NCBI RefSeq assembly: GCF_028641065.1 | Contig: NC_073407.1 | Coordinates: 2,728,001-2,792,000, forward strand | DNA length: 64,000 bases | Direction: 5' to 3' | Source: Leucoraja erinacea | Lineage: Eukaryota | Shown here: positions 26,745 to 40,121 of the stretch, piece by piece | Layout of the letters: every line of letters begins with the position of its first letter | Position numbering within the stretch: position 1 is the first letter of the stretch | Position numbers and translations under genes: made by a program | The notes under the pieces: model-generated | Database searches by the model: none | Told to the model about the DNA's origin: nothing | Seen by the model: only the letters and a program-made list of their open reading frames with translations

Positions 26745-27670
26745 TTAGACCCCCTGCCCCTCGTATAAAGGAAAAATACATCTACGGAGGATTCCATCTC
26801 CCATGCACTACATGCAGCCCTGGATCAGCTCAACGATGTCAGGATGCTGTTCATTGACTACAGCTCGGTCTACAACACATAATATCAAACAAGCTCATCC
26901 CTTGCCCTTGAGGCGTCTACCTGCAATTGGCTTCTGAACTCCTTGACCAGCAGTCCCCAATCAGTTAGAATCGTAACGTTTCCTACATGCTGACCCTTAA
27001 TACTGGTGCCTCTCAGGTTGGTGCGCCAGGTTCTTTGCTCTACTCCCTGTACACCCATGACTGTGTGGCCAAGTACAACACCAGCTTGATCTTTAAGTTC
27101 TCAGCCGGATCAACAACAATGAGTGGCAAGAGATTGCGAACAACCTAGCCCTTAACGTCAACGCAACAATAACTACTCCATTGTTGACACAAGGAAGCGA
27201 GGGAATGAACACAATCCTGTCCTGATCAACGGAGCTCTGCAGAGATTGTCGACAGCTTCCAGTTCAGCATTCGTATCACCAGCAACCTAACCTGGTCCCT
27301 TCACACTGATGTGGTGATCAAGAAAGTGCATCAGCGTACTTCTGAAATGATTCCGCATGTCTGTGAGGTCTTTAACTTCGGCAGATGTGGTATAGAAAGT
27401 ATTCTGACAGGATGCATCTCAGCCTGAAATGGCAAGAGCCCAGCTCATGATCACCTGAACCAGTGGATAGTTGTAAACACAGCCTTGCGAGTTCCTCCAA
27501 TCCAGTTAATCTTCACAGTACACTGCAACAGGAAGGCTGGAAGTAATTGTCACCCTGGCTATTCCCTTTTCTCTCTTCTGCCTTCTTGTAGAAGACACTG
27601 GAGCTAGGAAACTTGGGTGTCCAGTCAAGAACAGCTGCTTCCTCACTGTTATCTGGTAGTTGAACCTCGT
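26745..27670 (+). mobile_element. Highly decayed Rex1/Babar LINE RT fragment
   Basis: gtcaggatgctgttcattgactacagctcg (VRMLFIDYSS), ggtgcccctcag-like GAPQG and LYSLYTHDCVA motifs. Confidence 0.75.
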
Positions 27671-28120
27671 TCCTGGACGTGCTGCAGTGTATCTTAATTC
27701 CCCAACTTTTGGCTACTCTGTTATTGTACTTTAATATTCTTTTGCACCGCAATCTTTCACCAATCTGTTTACTGTGTGAGTTGGTAAAAATGTCACGCAC
27801 CGCGATATGTGACCAAACAGGCTTGTGACAATAGTTTTTTTTCTAAAATAACAATACTGGAACTGTAATTAGAGCAATCATTTCAGATTCTTGCTATAAA
27901 TCTGATGGCTTAAAAACGATTATCATAGTCGCAATAATGTTAATTATAGCTTAAATTTGTTTTAACTGCTCAACATTAGCTTTTCATAAAAATAATAAAT
28001 ATTTATGATAATGATGATTGCTAAACTTACAAAAACAAATTACCACAAGGAACAATTAATTTTGTTGCACCCTGTTTTATATAATAAACTAATTTGACCT
28101 GATGTAAATATGTTGATGAT

Positions 28121-28575
28121 TCAAGTCAAGTCAAGAGAGTTTATTGTCATGTGGCCCGGATAGGACAATGAAATTCTTGCATTGCTGCAGCACAACAGGA
28201 TATTGTAGTCATAAATACAGATCAGATCAGTATGTNNNNNNNNNNNNNNNNNNNNNNNNNNNNNNNNNNNNNNNNNNNNNNNNNNNNNNNNNNNNNNNNN
28301 NNNNNNNNNNNNNNNNNNNNNNNNNNNNNNNNNNNNNNNNNNNNNNNNNNNNNNNNNNNNNNNNNNNNNNNNNNNNNNNNNNNNNNNNNNNNNNNNNNNT
28401 GCAATAGGTTGTTATAGTTCATAGTTTGTTTGAAGTTCTGTTTAATACTGATGGCTGTGGGGAAGAAGCTGTTCCTGAATCTGGATGTTGCAGATTTCAG
28501 GCTCCTGTACCTTCTACCCGATGGGAGCGGAGAGATAAGTGTGTGGCCAGGATGGCGTGGTTCCTTGATGATACT
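28121..28575 (-). mobile_element. Rex1/Babar LINE 3' end spanning an assembly gap
   Basis: PSGRRYRSLKSATSRFRNSFFPTAI; reverse tail tcaagtcaagtcaag..tttattgtca. Confidence 0.8.
28236..28399. other. Assembly gap (run of N)
   Basis: 164 consecutive n. Confidence 1.
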
Positions 28576-30889
28576 GGCATAATCATTATCGGCATCATTA
28601 TCATGCATATAATTCCAAACACCATATGATGTGAGTTCCTGGTTTTGAAGAGTAGGAACAAATGCTCTTAGAAACATAGAAAATAGGTGCAGGAGTACGC
28701 CTTTGAGCCAGCACCGCCATTTAATATGATCATGGCTGATCATCCTAAATCAATACTCCTCTCCTGCTTTCTCTCCATATCCCTTAATTCCGTTAGCCCT
28801 AAGCGCTAATAGTTGCATATTCTAACTCTTGTTTCATGTTCTTGTGCGATGTAACTGATATTGTAAGTAAGCTTTACTTCAACTCCTCCAGCATATGTTA
28901 AAATTAGTATTGAGAATAGGATGTTTTTTTGAAAAAGATCATAATAAAAATAGTTCTGACGGCAGCACTCGTTCTTAAAGGTGCACCAACCAGTTTTTAA
29001 AGTATGATCAGTGCAAGGACAATGTTTTACTCCAAGTATGAAACCGACTGAGTAAACGTGATAACAGGCAGGACGTTTGAGCACTACAACATCTTTCTGG
29101 TAGGGAAGAAATGGATTTGTAGTCCTGCCAACTGGTCAATTACAAGTAGATATCAGAGGCAGAGGATAATGATTAATTTCAATAAAATATGAGGTGGAAG
29201 ACTGTTCCGATAATGCTCTTCCTTTGAAAGCTGCAGTGAGGAAGCAATCTTAATTGCAGAAATTGGCTCCAAATGATATCAGACATTCACTAATTCACTG
29301 GCTTTGCAGAAGGCTGCAGATACCTTGTTTGTAATGGTGGCTTGGAGTTTGGAAGATTCCATAGCCGTTTGAGATCACCGGGTTAGCTGAGAACCATGTA
29401 TTTAGTACAAACAGTCAAAAGCGGGGAGAGACCATGAGTGACTAACTTTGTACTCATATATCTCAGGCTTTTGTGGGCCAGTCACAGTTCATATGAGGAG
29501 AAAGAGACACAAGCATCCAGTTGAAGCTGTCAGGCACAACATGCCTTGGATTTGATGTGGTGTGAAGGACTACAGCTTCCAATGAAGTGGCTGTCAGAGT
29601 GTGGGGAAGTGTTCTGTGTAGTGGTAGCCGACTCAAAAGATTCAGAAACTGGTGACAGCTTCACGTGACTGCAAGTGAGGCGAGTTACTGCTGAACATGT
29701 ATTAGCAGTCTTTCCCATTCAACAGCTTTTTTTACTTGGAATTTAAATGTTGCTGATTCAAAAATAAAGCTTGTAAAATAAATACCAGACATCAGATGAA
29801 TATAATCTTAACTGCAATGTCAGCTCAGGGAGGATGTTTCTCCAGTCAATGAAAGAATAAGCTCAATATTACACCAGTTGCAAATGACACATTTACACAT
29901 TCACAATAACCAATGGATATGTAAAGAAAGCAGGAATTCACTATTCAGTGGATGGAAAATCAATAGGGATGAAATGAACACAGCTGGAGATTTTGACATT
30001 ATGGAGAAGGTCACATGATGAGCAGTTTAGCCACCGATCATAAGTAAAAGAAACAAGTAATTCTTAAGACTTATTCTGCACAGAAATTGTATGATGCGTA
30101 CAATATATAGTACTCTGCGGTGGTCAATGTCTCAAGTTACCAATCATTGTAGTGGCCTAAAGCAGGCTGTGAACTCACTGAGGGAAAGTACTACCCAAGA
30201 CAAATGTGCACATAAAGCTTTACTGCCATTTTTAAATGCCAGGTTTGAATTATGAGCTGCCCACGGAATGGGAAGATCAAACAGTTACTTCAGACACGCT
30301 CAGTATAAGCATTGTTGATGGTCAATAGTTTGTTTGTCACATTTGCAACTGCACTGTGAAATTCATTTTGTATAAATTACACAAGCGGGCGCTGCCATTT
30401 TTGGCGCCGTTATTCAAAATTCAAAGTCCGGTCGGTCCGTGTGAGCTGTTCTCGTGAACCAGCATCCCTCTCCTTTGATCCCCTAGCCATCTTTGTGTCC
30501 CAGGGGCACCTTCTGGGTTCATGAGCTTGTCGATGAGCTACATGCTGAGTATACTGGAATCATAAATATAAATACGATATAATGTTGATGCATTAGTTCT
30601 GTGTATAGCCAAACGTAGATTAAGAACTGAAGACATAGAATGCTGGAGTAACTCAGCGGGTCAGGTAGAACATGGACAGGTGACGTTCCGGGTCGTTACC
30701 CTGCTTCTGGTATCTTTGTAAACTAGCATCTGCTGTTCCTTGTTTCTACATAAATTAAGAACTTGTGTCTGACTGCACAATTTGTCCGCAGAATCACTTA
30801 AAACATCAATACTACCATGGAAGTGGCTGACGCAACTATTCCTACAAATCCTTGCTGCATTTTGCTAAAAAAGAATGAACTTACTCTGG

Positions 30890-31505
30890 TGCTCAATGTG
30901 TAATATGACACAATCATAAAGAAAGCCCATCAACACCTCTACTTCCTTAGAAGATTGAGGAGATTCAGTAGGGCGACAAATACTCTCTTGAATCTCTCGA
31001 GATGCATGTTGACTGGTTGCATCATGGCCTGGTTCGACAACTTGAATGCCCAGGAACAAAGGAGATTACAAATAGTAGTGAATACTGCCCATGTTCATCG
31101 TGGGTATTGACCTCCCCATCATCGAAGAGATCTATGGGATGTGTCATTAAGGACCCACACGACCCTGGCAACGCACTTATTTCACTACTGCCGTCAGGAA
31201 GAAGGTATAGCAGTTTGAAAGCTGTGACCTGCAGGTTCATGAACAGCATCTTCCCAACAATCATCAGGCTATTGAACGTTACGAACTCTAACTAAACTCC
31301 AAACTGTGAACTTCCTTGGTTGAACTAGGGACTTTGGGCTTTGTTTTGTTTTTGCACTAAATTCATTTTTTTATTTAATGAACTTTTTTTTTGTTTATGA
31401 TATTATCCATTGCCTACTGCGTTTACAAACCTGTTGTGCTGGTACAAGTAAGAATTTCATTATCCCATTAAGGTACCAAAGACAATAAAACACTTAACGC
31501 TTGAT
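30890..31505 (+). mobile_element. Rex1/Babar LINE 3' fragment with UTR
   Basis: LLPSGRRYSSLKAVTCRFMNSIFPTIIRLLN; gacaataaa tail near 31481. Confidence 0.8.
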
Positions 31506-31849
31506 GATGGGTCACACCAGCACTTTGTTTTTTTCATAATTATTTGGCTAATTTGTTCAAATAATGTACAACTCCATATTCTGCTGCTCGTTTTATCTCA
31601 GAATAACTGGCAACCGTCTTAAACAGTCCCGCTGGGTGAAAGACTACTAGCTTCCACTCCAGCTCTGAGTAGTGCAAGTGCCCAAGAATCACTGGATTTG
31701 CTGAAAGACTACTAGCAGTCTTGTTCCACTCCAGGACAAAGGAGCAATCTGAGATCTCTGTGCAAGATGCTACGCACAGTACAAGAATCACGGGTGCTAA
31801 TATGGACACAAAGTTTGAGCTGCTCCCAACGGCACGCCCCACATTTGAT

Positions 31850-32398
31850 TTTTAAGGGAGGCAATTGAGCACAGTCTGGGCGGTCTGGGTCGCTTGGATT
31901 TTCATCAGGTAAACTTGTTTATGTTTCATGGCATTTTGGACAAAAGAGCAAAAAAAGGTTTTATTGTGTAGTTATTACATAATCCGCGCCATCTCTTCAT
32001 GCACGTCGCATAGCGCGCGTTGGGAGAACTATTTATTGAATTGGATTTAGAAATGCACACTTTTGCTAAGTTACCCTTATAATATCCAAGGGAAAGCAAT
32101 CCATTTTATGAGAATTATTTCTTTGTCTGCTCGTGCAAGCAAGAAGAAAGTTCGTCAGTATTCAGAGGAATATTTAAAACTTGGTTTCATACCCGCTGTC
32201 CATGATAAACGGTCACCTTTCTGCCTCTTATGCCAACAATGCTTGACCAACGAATCAATGAAACCAGGTCGTCTTGAGGCGCATTTCAGCTGAAACGGAG
32301 TTCACTTTTTAAATGATAAGAATTATATATCACCACATGGGGGGGGGGCATCAGAGGTGATTAGGTGGGGCATTCCAAAAAAAGGTTGGGAACCACTG
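31850..32398 (+). mobile_element. hAT/Charlie(Buster)-type transposon relic: BED-finger N-terminus and right end
   Basis: KKKVRQYSEEYLKLGFIP...FCLLCQQCLTNESMKPGRLEAH. Terminus aaggttgggaaccactg is followed by gtctagag, matching the Charlie NTCTAGAN target. Left boundary uncertain. Confidence 0.8.
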
Positions 32399-32691
32399 GT
32401 CTAGAGTAACTCAGCAGGTCAGGCACCATATCTGGAGAACATGGATTGGTGCGATTTTGGGTCGATACCCTTCTTCAGACTTCAATACTTAACACCTGAA
32501 GAACCGGAACAAAAAACCCTAAAGTTTAAGGTTGCTATGCATTCTTGGAGATGAGCCATGATGTCTAAATTGTTGTTGTCACACATGATAGAGCTTGATA
32601 CAGCTTAACTAAGTGGAGAGGGTAGCGAGGAAGCAATTGAGACAAAGCAATGTCTCAAGGAAGAGAAGAGCATTTGACTGAGTGAGTTAGT

Positions 32692-33003
32692 CAGGGTGTA
32701 GTGGTCCAGCGAGTAGAGCTGCTGCTTCAGAGCGTTAGAGACCCATGTTTGATTCTGACTTTGGGTGCTATCTGTGTGGAGCTTGCACGTTCTCCCTGTG
32801 ACCTCTTGAGTTTCACGTGGGTGCTCCGGTTTCCTCTCATGTCCCATGTTGGTGAATTGACCTCTGCAAAATTGCCCTGAGTTGGTGCGGAGTCGATGAA
32901 AAAGTGGGATAATATAGAACTAATGTGACTAGGTGATTGGTGTTTGGTATGGATGCTGGGCCAAAATACCTCTGCTGTATTTCTAAACTAAACTAAGCTA
33001 AAC
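32692..33003 (+). mobile_element. Full-length V-SINE/HE1-like SINE
   Basis: tRNA-like head, V-domain tgtgtggagcttgcacgttctccctgtgacc..gggtgctccggtttcctc, tail tgtatttctaaactaaactaa. Confidence 0.88.
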
Positions 33004-33035
33004 CAGACCAGTGAGCAGTGGGATCTTGATCTCTG

Positions 33036-33992
33036 GAAGTGGCGGCACTGTTGAACAGCTGCGGCTCGCCTGCAGTTTTTACTTTTTTGGTTGTTTTTTT
33101 TTTGTCTTGTTTTAGTTAAATTTTAGTTTATTCCGTTGTGTTATGTGTGTGGGGGGGGGGGGTGAAACATGTTTTTCTGTCTCTTCCTTCGGGGGAATGC
33201 GACTCTTTCTGTCGTATCCCCCCCTTCTCTGCCTCCATCTGCGCTGAGGCCTAATGGCGGAGCTGGCGGCATCCAACTGTGACCGACCACGAGGCTCCGA
33301 AAGCAGAGCCAGCCAGGACTCACCAACGCGAGGCTGGCCGAATTCGGAGCTGGGGCGGCATTCCAGTGGCAGCGGCACAACTCGGGGCTGAGGCGCTGCT
33401 CCGGTGGCAGCGGCACGACTCGGGGCTGAGGCGGTGCTCTGGTGGCAGCGGCACGACTCGGGGCTGAGGCGGTGTTCCGGTGGCTGAGGCGGCGTTCCGG
33501 CGGCGTCGACCTGAATCCGGGGCTCGGCCGCGGGCCAGTGGACGACATCGTCGGGAGCTCGCTGTCACTGGTTGGCGAACTGTTTTTACAAAGCTCCCGC
33601 GGCAACAGCTACGTCCGCTGGACTGGAGGGAGGCATCTTCGGCAGCTTCGACCACCCCGGGCCGCGGAGCTTGAACCGGCCCGTTCGCGGAGCTCGGTTG
33701 AGCCGCGGGACTGAATTACCATCGTCCGGTGGGGTAACAATATCGGAGGCCTGGATCGCCTCAGTGCAGAGGGAGAATAAGGAGGGAAGAGACAGTGACT
33801 ATAAGACTTTTGCCTCCATCACAGTGAGGAGGTGCCTGGTGAACTCACTGTGGTGGATGTTAATTTTGTGTTTATTGTGTGTTTTGTTATTTATTATTAT
33901 ATGTATGACTGCAGGCAACGACATTTAGTTCAGATCGAAAGGTCTGAATGACAAATAAAGGAATCTAATCTAATCTAATCTAATCTAATCTA
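33036..33992 (+). mobile_element. About 950-bp non-autonomous retroposon with GC-rich body and (AATCT)n tail
   Basis: Starts ggaagtggcggc, contains a ~38-bp tandem repeat and a 3' hairpin, and ends tgacaaataaagg(aatct)n. Confidence 0.7.
33365..33500 (+). repeat. GC-rich minisatellite, ~38-bp unit, ~3.5 copies
   Basis: gtggcagcggcac(a/g)actcggggctgaggcg(c/g)tgctcc repeated. Confidence 0.85.
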
Positions 33993-35388
33993 GAAATGCT
34001 CCAAGTCTGTAGTATGAAAAGTAACTTAGTTCATATCAGAAATCATGTTTTTAACTGTTCATGTAGAACAATTCATCACAGCAAGAGACAACTTGTAGGT
34101 ATGGAATGAAGGTATGAGTCTGTTTTTGATATTTGTACAGAGTCAACACGTTCAAGAGTTGCTGCACAGTGGTGAGTCATGTAATTGTAAGTTCCCCAGT
34201 CATAGAAACAAATGCAATATTGAAGACAAGTATACAATCATGAAGGTCAGATTGACCATGGAAGCTATTCTAGATTTTATTTGTACTGACTGTCTTTGGC
34301 AGAAGTGTTTAGACATTTTCCCCTGAAGAAAAGTAAAGTAGTTTACATGTACAGTAGTAATGAGAATAAGGTACGTGGTCAGAGGGTTTGGTGACAATGT
34401 GTGTGTATATATGTTAGCACCATATGCATTGAGTTTCTTGCAATTGCAGTTAAAATAAACAGTCTTGTTGAAAATTCTTGTCTTCTGTGACAGTTGATGT
34501 AAGTAAAATATGTCAGAACTCTATACAAACTGAAGTATACCAAGCAAATATGATACTGTGCTATAAGACTTTTTTGTATTTATGTTTATTTATTGTCACT
34601 AAACTAAACTATGTTTTGAATACCTACTCCTAAAGAAAGGAGTTATTTAAAATGAGGTACCTATACTTACACCAGAGAATTTAAATATCTTAATGTAAAA
34701 TTCCCTTCATTAACAATGACATAGTAAAAAAGTATAGTTTTAGGAATAACTCTGATTTTATTTTATGAAAATATTTAAATTACATTACGGAATTACGGAA
34801 CCCGGAATGTAATCTCGTGTTGACAGTATCCAGGTTGTGCTAAGACTCCCAGAGGTAATTTCTTCAGATGTTTCAAACTATTCTTTATTTCTCTAGTTGA
34901 ACTACACATCAGTGACTTGCACATTTTGCAAATGCCTACATCAAAACAAGCTTGTCCTAACAGGTTTTGTCCAATTCTTCGTCATCAAAATTCTCTAAAT
35001 AAAATAGCTCAAATCACAAACAGTTTTGCGTCTAACAGACTGAATTCCAGTTCCACTGTGTACTGACCTTAGTACCTTGGGTTAGATTTTTCTCGGGTGC
35101 AAAGCCCTGTTGAGTGAAGAACGGGAAATTGGGATTCAGCTGTTTAAGTCCTGATTTTTGATTTACTTGATTTCCCGATGGATACTTTAGCCCGTGTAAT
35201 GAGAACACATCATTGACTACCAGAGTCTTTTGAAACAGGATGTTTATGCTGTTTAGTGTCTGTATCTCACTTTCTAAGCACAGATGAGGGACTTTCCTTC
35301 ATGTGCTGTTCGTCAGTTTCCGATGGTTACGGTGAGAATTTCCAAAGTTTCAGGAACAAGTGTGAACTTGTACCTGTGCCATTATGAT

Positions 35389-35785
35389 CAAAGATCCTAT
35401 AGCAAGCAAGATAGATCACTCGGCGAAAAAGACGTAGTATGGCCATGGGCAGATTCATGGGTAATTTTTGGCCCCATTTCCGTAACCGGCTTCCGACTCC
35501 GCACCAAAGATCCCGTAGCGGAGCAAAGATACTAGTGCGGAGACTGAAGCCGGTTACGGAAACATCCTCGTAAAAATAAAAGTTCTTTGGTAAAAATCTT
35601 TTGGTCAGAATTATAATTTATTAACACAAACTGTTCCCGCGCAACGTTAATTCAACTGCGAGTCGGGTCGGGTCGGGTTACGGAAATGGATGAAAAAAAG
35701 GCCCACGTTCCGCTCCGTTGCGTACTACACGTCAGCCCATTGCATTTAGCAAGAGTGGTTTATCTTGCTTGCTATAGGATCTTTG
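35389..35785. mobile_element. MITE with CAAAG termini and perfect 8-bp TSD (P- or hAT-superfamily-like)
   Basis: TIR caaagatcctatagcaagcaagata / tatcttgcttgctataggatctttg; TSD attatgat at 35381-88 and 35786-93. Confidence 0.92.
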
Positions 35786-37290
35786 ATTATGATTAATTAC
35801 TCCACTGCTGTCCCCGCTCCTTTGAAGGGTTGGAATATTTTCTCATTCCTGGCAAGGGCATTACAGGCCAAATGTTCTGGTCTTACGTTTCTCTTTTATT
35901 TCCCACTGAAAATATGGGAGTAGAAGGCGAGGTAGCAACACAATTTAGACTCTGTTGGCACAGGCAAGCCTGCGGATTGGTCTGGCTCAACTTTATGTTT
36001 AAAAAATAACTGAACTTTTCTACCGAAAGACACCTGCAAATAAAACTTCTTTTAGCTGCACTGACGTTATCCAACTGACATAATTGATTAACACACTAAT
36101 CTAATTCTATTCACATTAAGGTCAATTTGATTTGGTTTTTTAACAGAAACATTGAGTTGTCTAAACTGCTTTTTGCCTGTTTGTTTGAACATGATGACAG
36201 AAGTACAAATTTATCAACGATTCACCGTGCTTTTAGGTTTTTGAGCGGTGACAATATATATTGCGGTAACATAAATTTTTCAAATGTAGATGCACTGAAA
36301 TATTTCAAGTAGGTTCAGACCCCAAATAAATAATTGAAAGTGATTGAACTGTAGCGTTCCATGCAAAGAATACAATCCATGTTCAGCAGCAGCATGTCAG
36401 GGACAAGTTGGATATTTCAATGCACTTAAGGTTTACAAGTCTAAAATTCACATTAAGATATGAAGGGTAAGTTACACTGAATGGCTTTAAATTTGCTTTC
36501 AACTTCTCAAATAAAACATGATGACAGTTACTGGTACTCAATGTCGAGTGTATAATGAAAGTATAGAGCCAAAAGCACTTTAATTTAGATCATAGTTTTT
36601 CTAACAAAAGCTTTTATTGGAGTGGAAGTTTAGTTTTCTGTAAAGCTGTTTATGCATAATCTGATGTAGTTAAATACAGCTTTATAGTTATGGGCAAGAG
36701 AAACAAGGATGGATAGAACTACTTTCGCCATAAATGATGACTCTAAACTCTGCCCAAGAGAGCGGTGAACGCAGAAACGGTCATTGATTTCTAAATTCAG
36801 AAGAGTGGTATTTTAGGGAAGTGAACTTATCAAGTTATGGAATAGTGCATAAGAACAGAACTGCCCAGGTAGGCTACCAAGAGCCTGCACGAACTCTGGG
36901 CTGAATGGTCATGAACTGTCTCATAAATATGTGAAATAATAAAACAAAAACCACATCCTCCCTCGAATTCTGAAATATGAGAATGACGTGATGGTAACCA
37001 GCAAAATTTGTCTCAAATATTCAGTTCCATACCTTAATGCAAGAATTAAATTAAAGCACACACATACATTTGCTATTTCACAGTAGTACCAGTAGATTGT
37101 TGCATTCAGAGAATATCATAAAAACTCAGCTCCTGTTTACTTAGTGTAGAGAGCCCCAATAAGTCTCATTTATATTTAACAAAGTAACTGCGAGAATTTA
37201 ACATTGGGCCTGCAGTGGAATCGCAAATGATCGGTGGTTGAATAGCTGAATTAAGTCACAGAGAAAGGGAGAGAGCAAGGTTATAGAGGG

Positions 37291-39676
37291 TACACAAAAT
37301 TGCTGGAGAAACTCAGCGGGTGCAGCAGCATCTATGGAGCGAAGAAAATAGGCGACGTTTCGGGCCGAAACCCTTCTTCAGACTGATGGGGGTTGGGAGG
37401 GGAGAAGGAAGGAAAAGGGGGAGGAGGAGGAGCCCGAGAGCGGGGCGATGGGAGGAGATAACTCGAGGAAGGGGAGGAGACAGCAAGGGCTAGCAAAATT
37501 GGGAGAATTCAACATTCATGCCGTCAGGATGCAAGCTGCCCAGGCGGAATATGAGGTGCTGTTCCTCCAATTTCCAGTGTTGCTCACTCTGGCAATGGAG
37601 GAGACCCAGGACAGAGAGGTCGGATTGGGAATGGGAGGGGGGGTTGAAGTGCTGAGCCACCGGGAGTTCAGGTAGGTTATAGCGGACTGAGCGGAGGTGT
37701 TCGGCGAAACGATCGCCCAACCTCCGCTTAGTCTCCCCGATGTAAATCAGCTGACATCTAGAGCAGCGGATGCAGTAGATGAGGTTGGAGGAGATAGAGG
37801 TGAACCTTTGTCGCACCTGGAACGACTGCTTGGGACCTTGAATGGAGTCGAGGGGGGCGGTGAAGGGACAGGTGTTGCATTTCTTGCGGTTGCAACGGAA
37901 AGTGCCCGGGGGAGGTACGGGAGGAAAGGGAAGAATTGACAAGGGATATGCGGAGGGAGCGGTCTTTGTGGAAGGCAGACATAGGGGGAGATGGGAAGAT
38001 GTGGCGAGTGGTGGGGTCACGTTGGAGGTGGCGGAAATGGCGGAGGATTATGTGTTATATTTGCCGGCTGGTGGGGTGAAAGGTGAGGACCAGGGGGACT
38101 CTGCCTTGTTGCGAGTGCGGGGATGGGGAGAGAGAGCAGTGTTGCGGGGTATGGAAGAGACCCTGGTGCGAGCCTCATCTATGGTGGCGGAGGGGAATCC
38201 CCGTTCCCTGAAGAACGAGGACATTTCCGATGCCCTGGTATGGAATGTCTCATCCTGGGAACAGATGCGGCGTAGGCGGAGGAATTGGGAGTAGGGGATG
38301 GAGTCTTTACATGGGGCAGGGTGGGAAGACGTGTAATCCAGATAGCCATGTGAGTCAGTGGGTTTGTTGTGTATGTCGGTCGGAAGTCTGTCCCCTGCGA
38401 TGGAGATGGTGAGGTCAAGGAATGGTAGGGAAATGTCGGAAATAGTCCAGGTGTATTGGAGTGCCGGATGGAAGTTGGTGGTGAAGTGGATGAAGTCAGT
38501 CAGTTGTGTGTAGGTGCAGGAGGTGGCCCCAAAGCAGTCGTCATTGTAACGGAGGTAGAGGTCGGGGATGGGGCCCTGGTACGTATTGAACAAGGATTGT
38601 TCAACGTACCCAACAAAGAGGCAGGCGTAGCTGGGGCCCATGCGTGTGCCCATAGCTACGCCTTGTGTTTGGAGGAAATGGGAGGAGTCAAATGTAAAGT
38701 TGTTGAGGGTGAGGACCAACTCCGCTAGGCGGAGGAGAGTGTCAGTGGCTGGGTATAGGTTGCTCCTCTGGTCGAGGAAGAACCGGAGGGCTTTGAGGCC
38801 ATCCTGGAGGGGGATGGAGGTGTAGAGTGACTGGACATCCATGGTGAAGATGAGGGGGTGGGGGCCTAGAGAGTGGAATGCGTGGAGGCGGCGGAGAGTG
38901 TCTGAGGTGTCTAGAACATAGGTGGGAAGGGATTTGACCAAGGGGGATAGTATGGAGTCAAGGTATGTGGAGATGAGTTCGGTGGGGCACGAACAGGCAG
39001 AGACAATGGGTCTGCCGGGAGAGCCGGGTTTGTGGATTCTGTGGAGAAGGTAAAAACGGGCCGTGCGGGGCTGGGGTATGATGAGGTTGGAAGCTTGGTC
39101 GGGCAGGGCGTGGGAATTGATGAAGTCGGTGATGATGCTAGACATGGTGGCCTGGTGCTTGTCAGTGGGGTCATGGTCCAAGGGTAAGTAGGAGGAGGTG
39201 TCCGAGAGTTGGCGCGTGTCCTCAGCTTTGTAGAGATCGGCGCGCCAGACTACCACGGCACCTCCCTTGTCGGCTGGTTTGATGACCCAATCTGGGTTTT
39301 TGCAGAGTGATTCAATGGCAGTGCGTTCAGAGGGGGAGAGATTGGAGTGAGACAGGGGAGTGGAGAAGTTGAGGCGGTTGACGTCGCAGCAACAGTTCTG
39401 GATAAAGAGTTCCAGAGCCGGGACTTTACGAGGGGGATTCCACGAGGAGGGGGTGCGTTGGAGACGGGAAAAAGGGTCATCATTGGGGGGCGAGGACTCC
39501 TTCCCATGGAAGTGCGCTGTGAGGTGGAAGCGACGGTAGAAGCGCTCCAAGTCATGGTGGGCGCGGAACTCATTGAGATGGGGACGGAGGGGAACAAAGG
39601 TAAGACCTCTGCTGAGGACAGACCGCTCGGTGTGGGAGAGGGGGAGGTCGGGGGGGTGTGCGGTATGGTGAACAGA
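37291..39676 (-). mobile_element. 5'-truncated Penelope-like element (Neptune-type): RT + Cys linker + GIY-YIG endonuclease, frameshifted
   Basis: 500-aa ORF with IKPADKGG, RPIVS, MDVQSLYT, QGVAMGT and RYNDD. Second ORF has CNRKKCNTC and IYCIRC..IYIGET..RFAEH. TSD ttatagaggg at 37281-90 and 39677-86. Confidence 0.95.
37351..37385 (-). ncRNA. Minimal type-I hammerhead ribozyme motif in the PLE 3' end
   Basis: Minus strand reads CUGAAGA-A-GGG UUUCGG CCC-GAAAC-GUC-GCC. Confidence 0.6.
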
Positions 39677-39920
39677 TTATAGAGGGGTTTGTAAAACCAG
39701 AAAATACTGGAGACACACTCCAGGTCAGGCAGCATCTATGAGTAAGAAACTTAGTCAATGTTTCAGAACTTGAAAAGGATGGAGCTGTAGAGAGGGAGTT
39801 AATGGATGCAATAAAGTGAACATTTTGATTGTGGTAGCTGCTGCATTTGTAAGCTGTTGATGAATCCATTGTTTGATAGGTTAATGAGAACAGTTAGAGA
39901 GGACACAAAGGGATATTTAA

Positions 39921-40121
39921 GTGTAGGAAGGAACTGCAGATGTTGGTTTAAACCGAAAATAGACACAAAATGCTCAGCAGGTCAGGCAGCATCTCTGGAG
40001 AAAATGAATAGGTGACGTTTTGAGTCGAGACGTTTTGGGTCTGTAAAAGGGTCTCAACCTGAAACATCACCTATTTCTTTTCTCCAGTGATGCTTTTGTG
40101 GAAGAATTTGTGTGTATCTTT
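39921..40121. mobile_element. Palindromic mini-Penelope unit with 11-bp TSD
   Basis: Two inverted copies of the PLE end; TSD gggatatttaa at 39910-20 and 40122-32. Confidence 0.8.

Noticed and set aside
28144-28743. ORFs spanning the N run
   Set aside because: Artefacts of the assembly gap inside a LINE tail.
33365-33500. CRISPR-like array
   Set aside because: Head-to-tail minisatellite without unique spacers, in eukaryotic DNA, with no cas genes.
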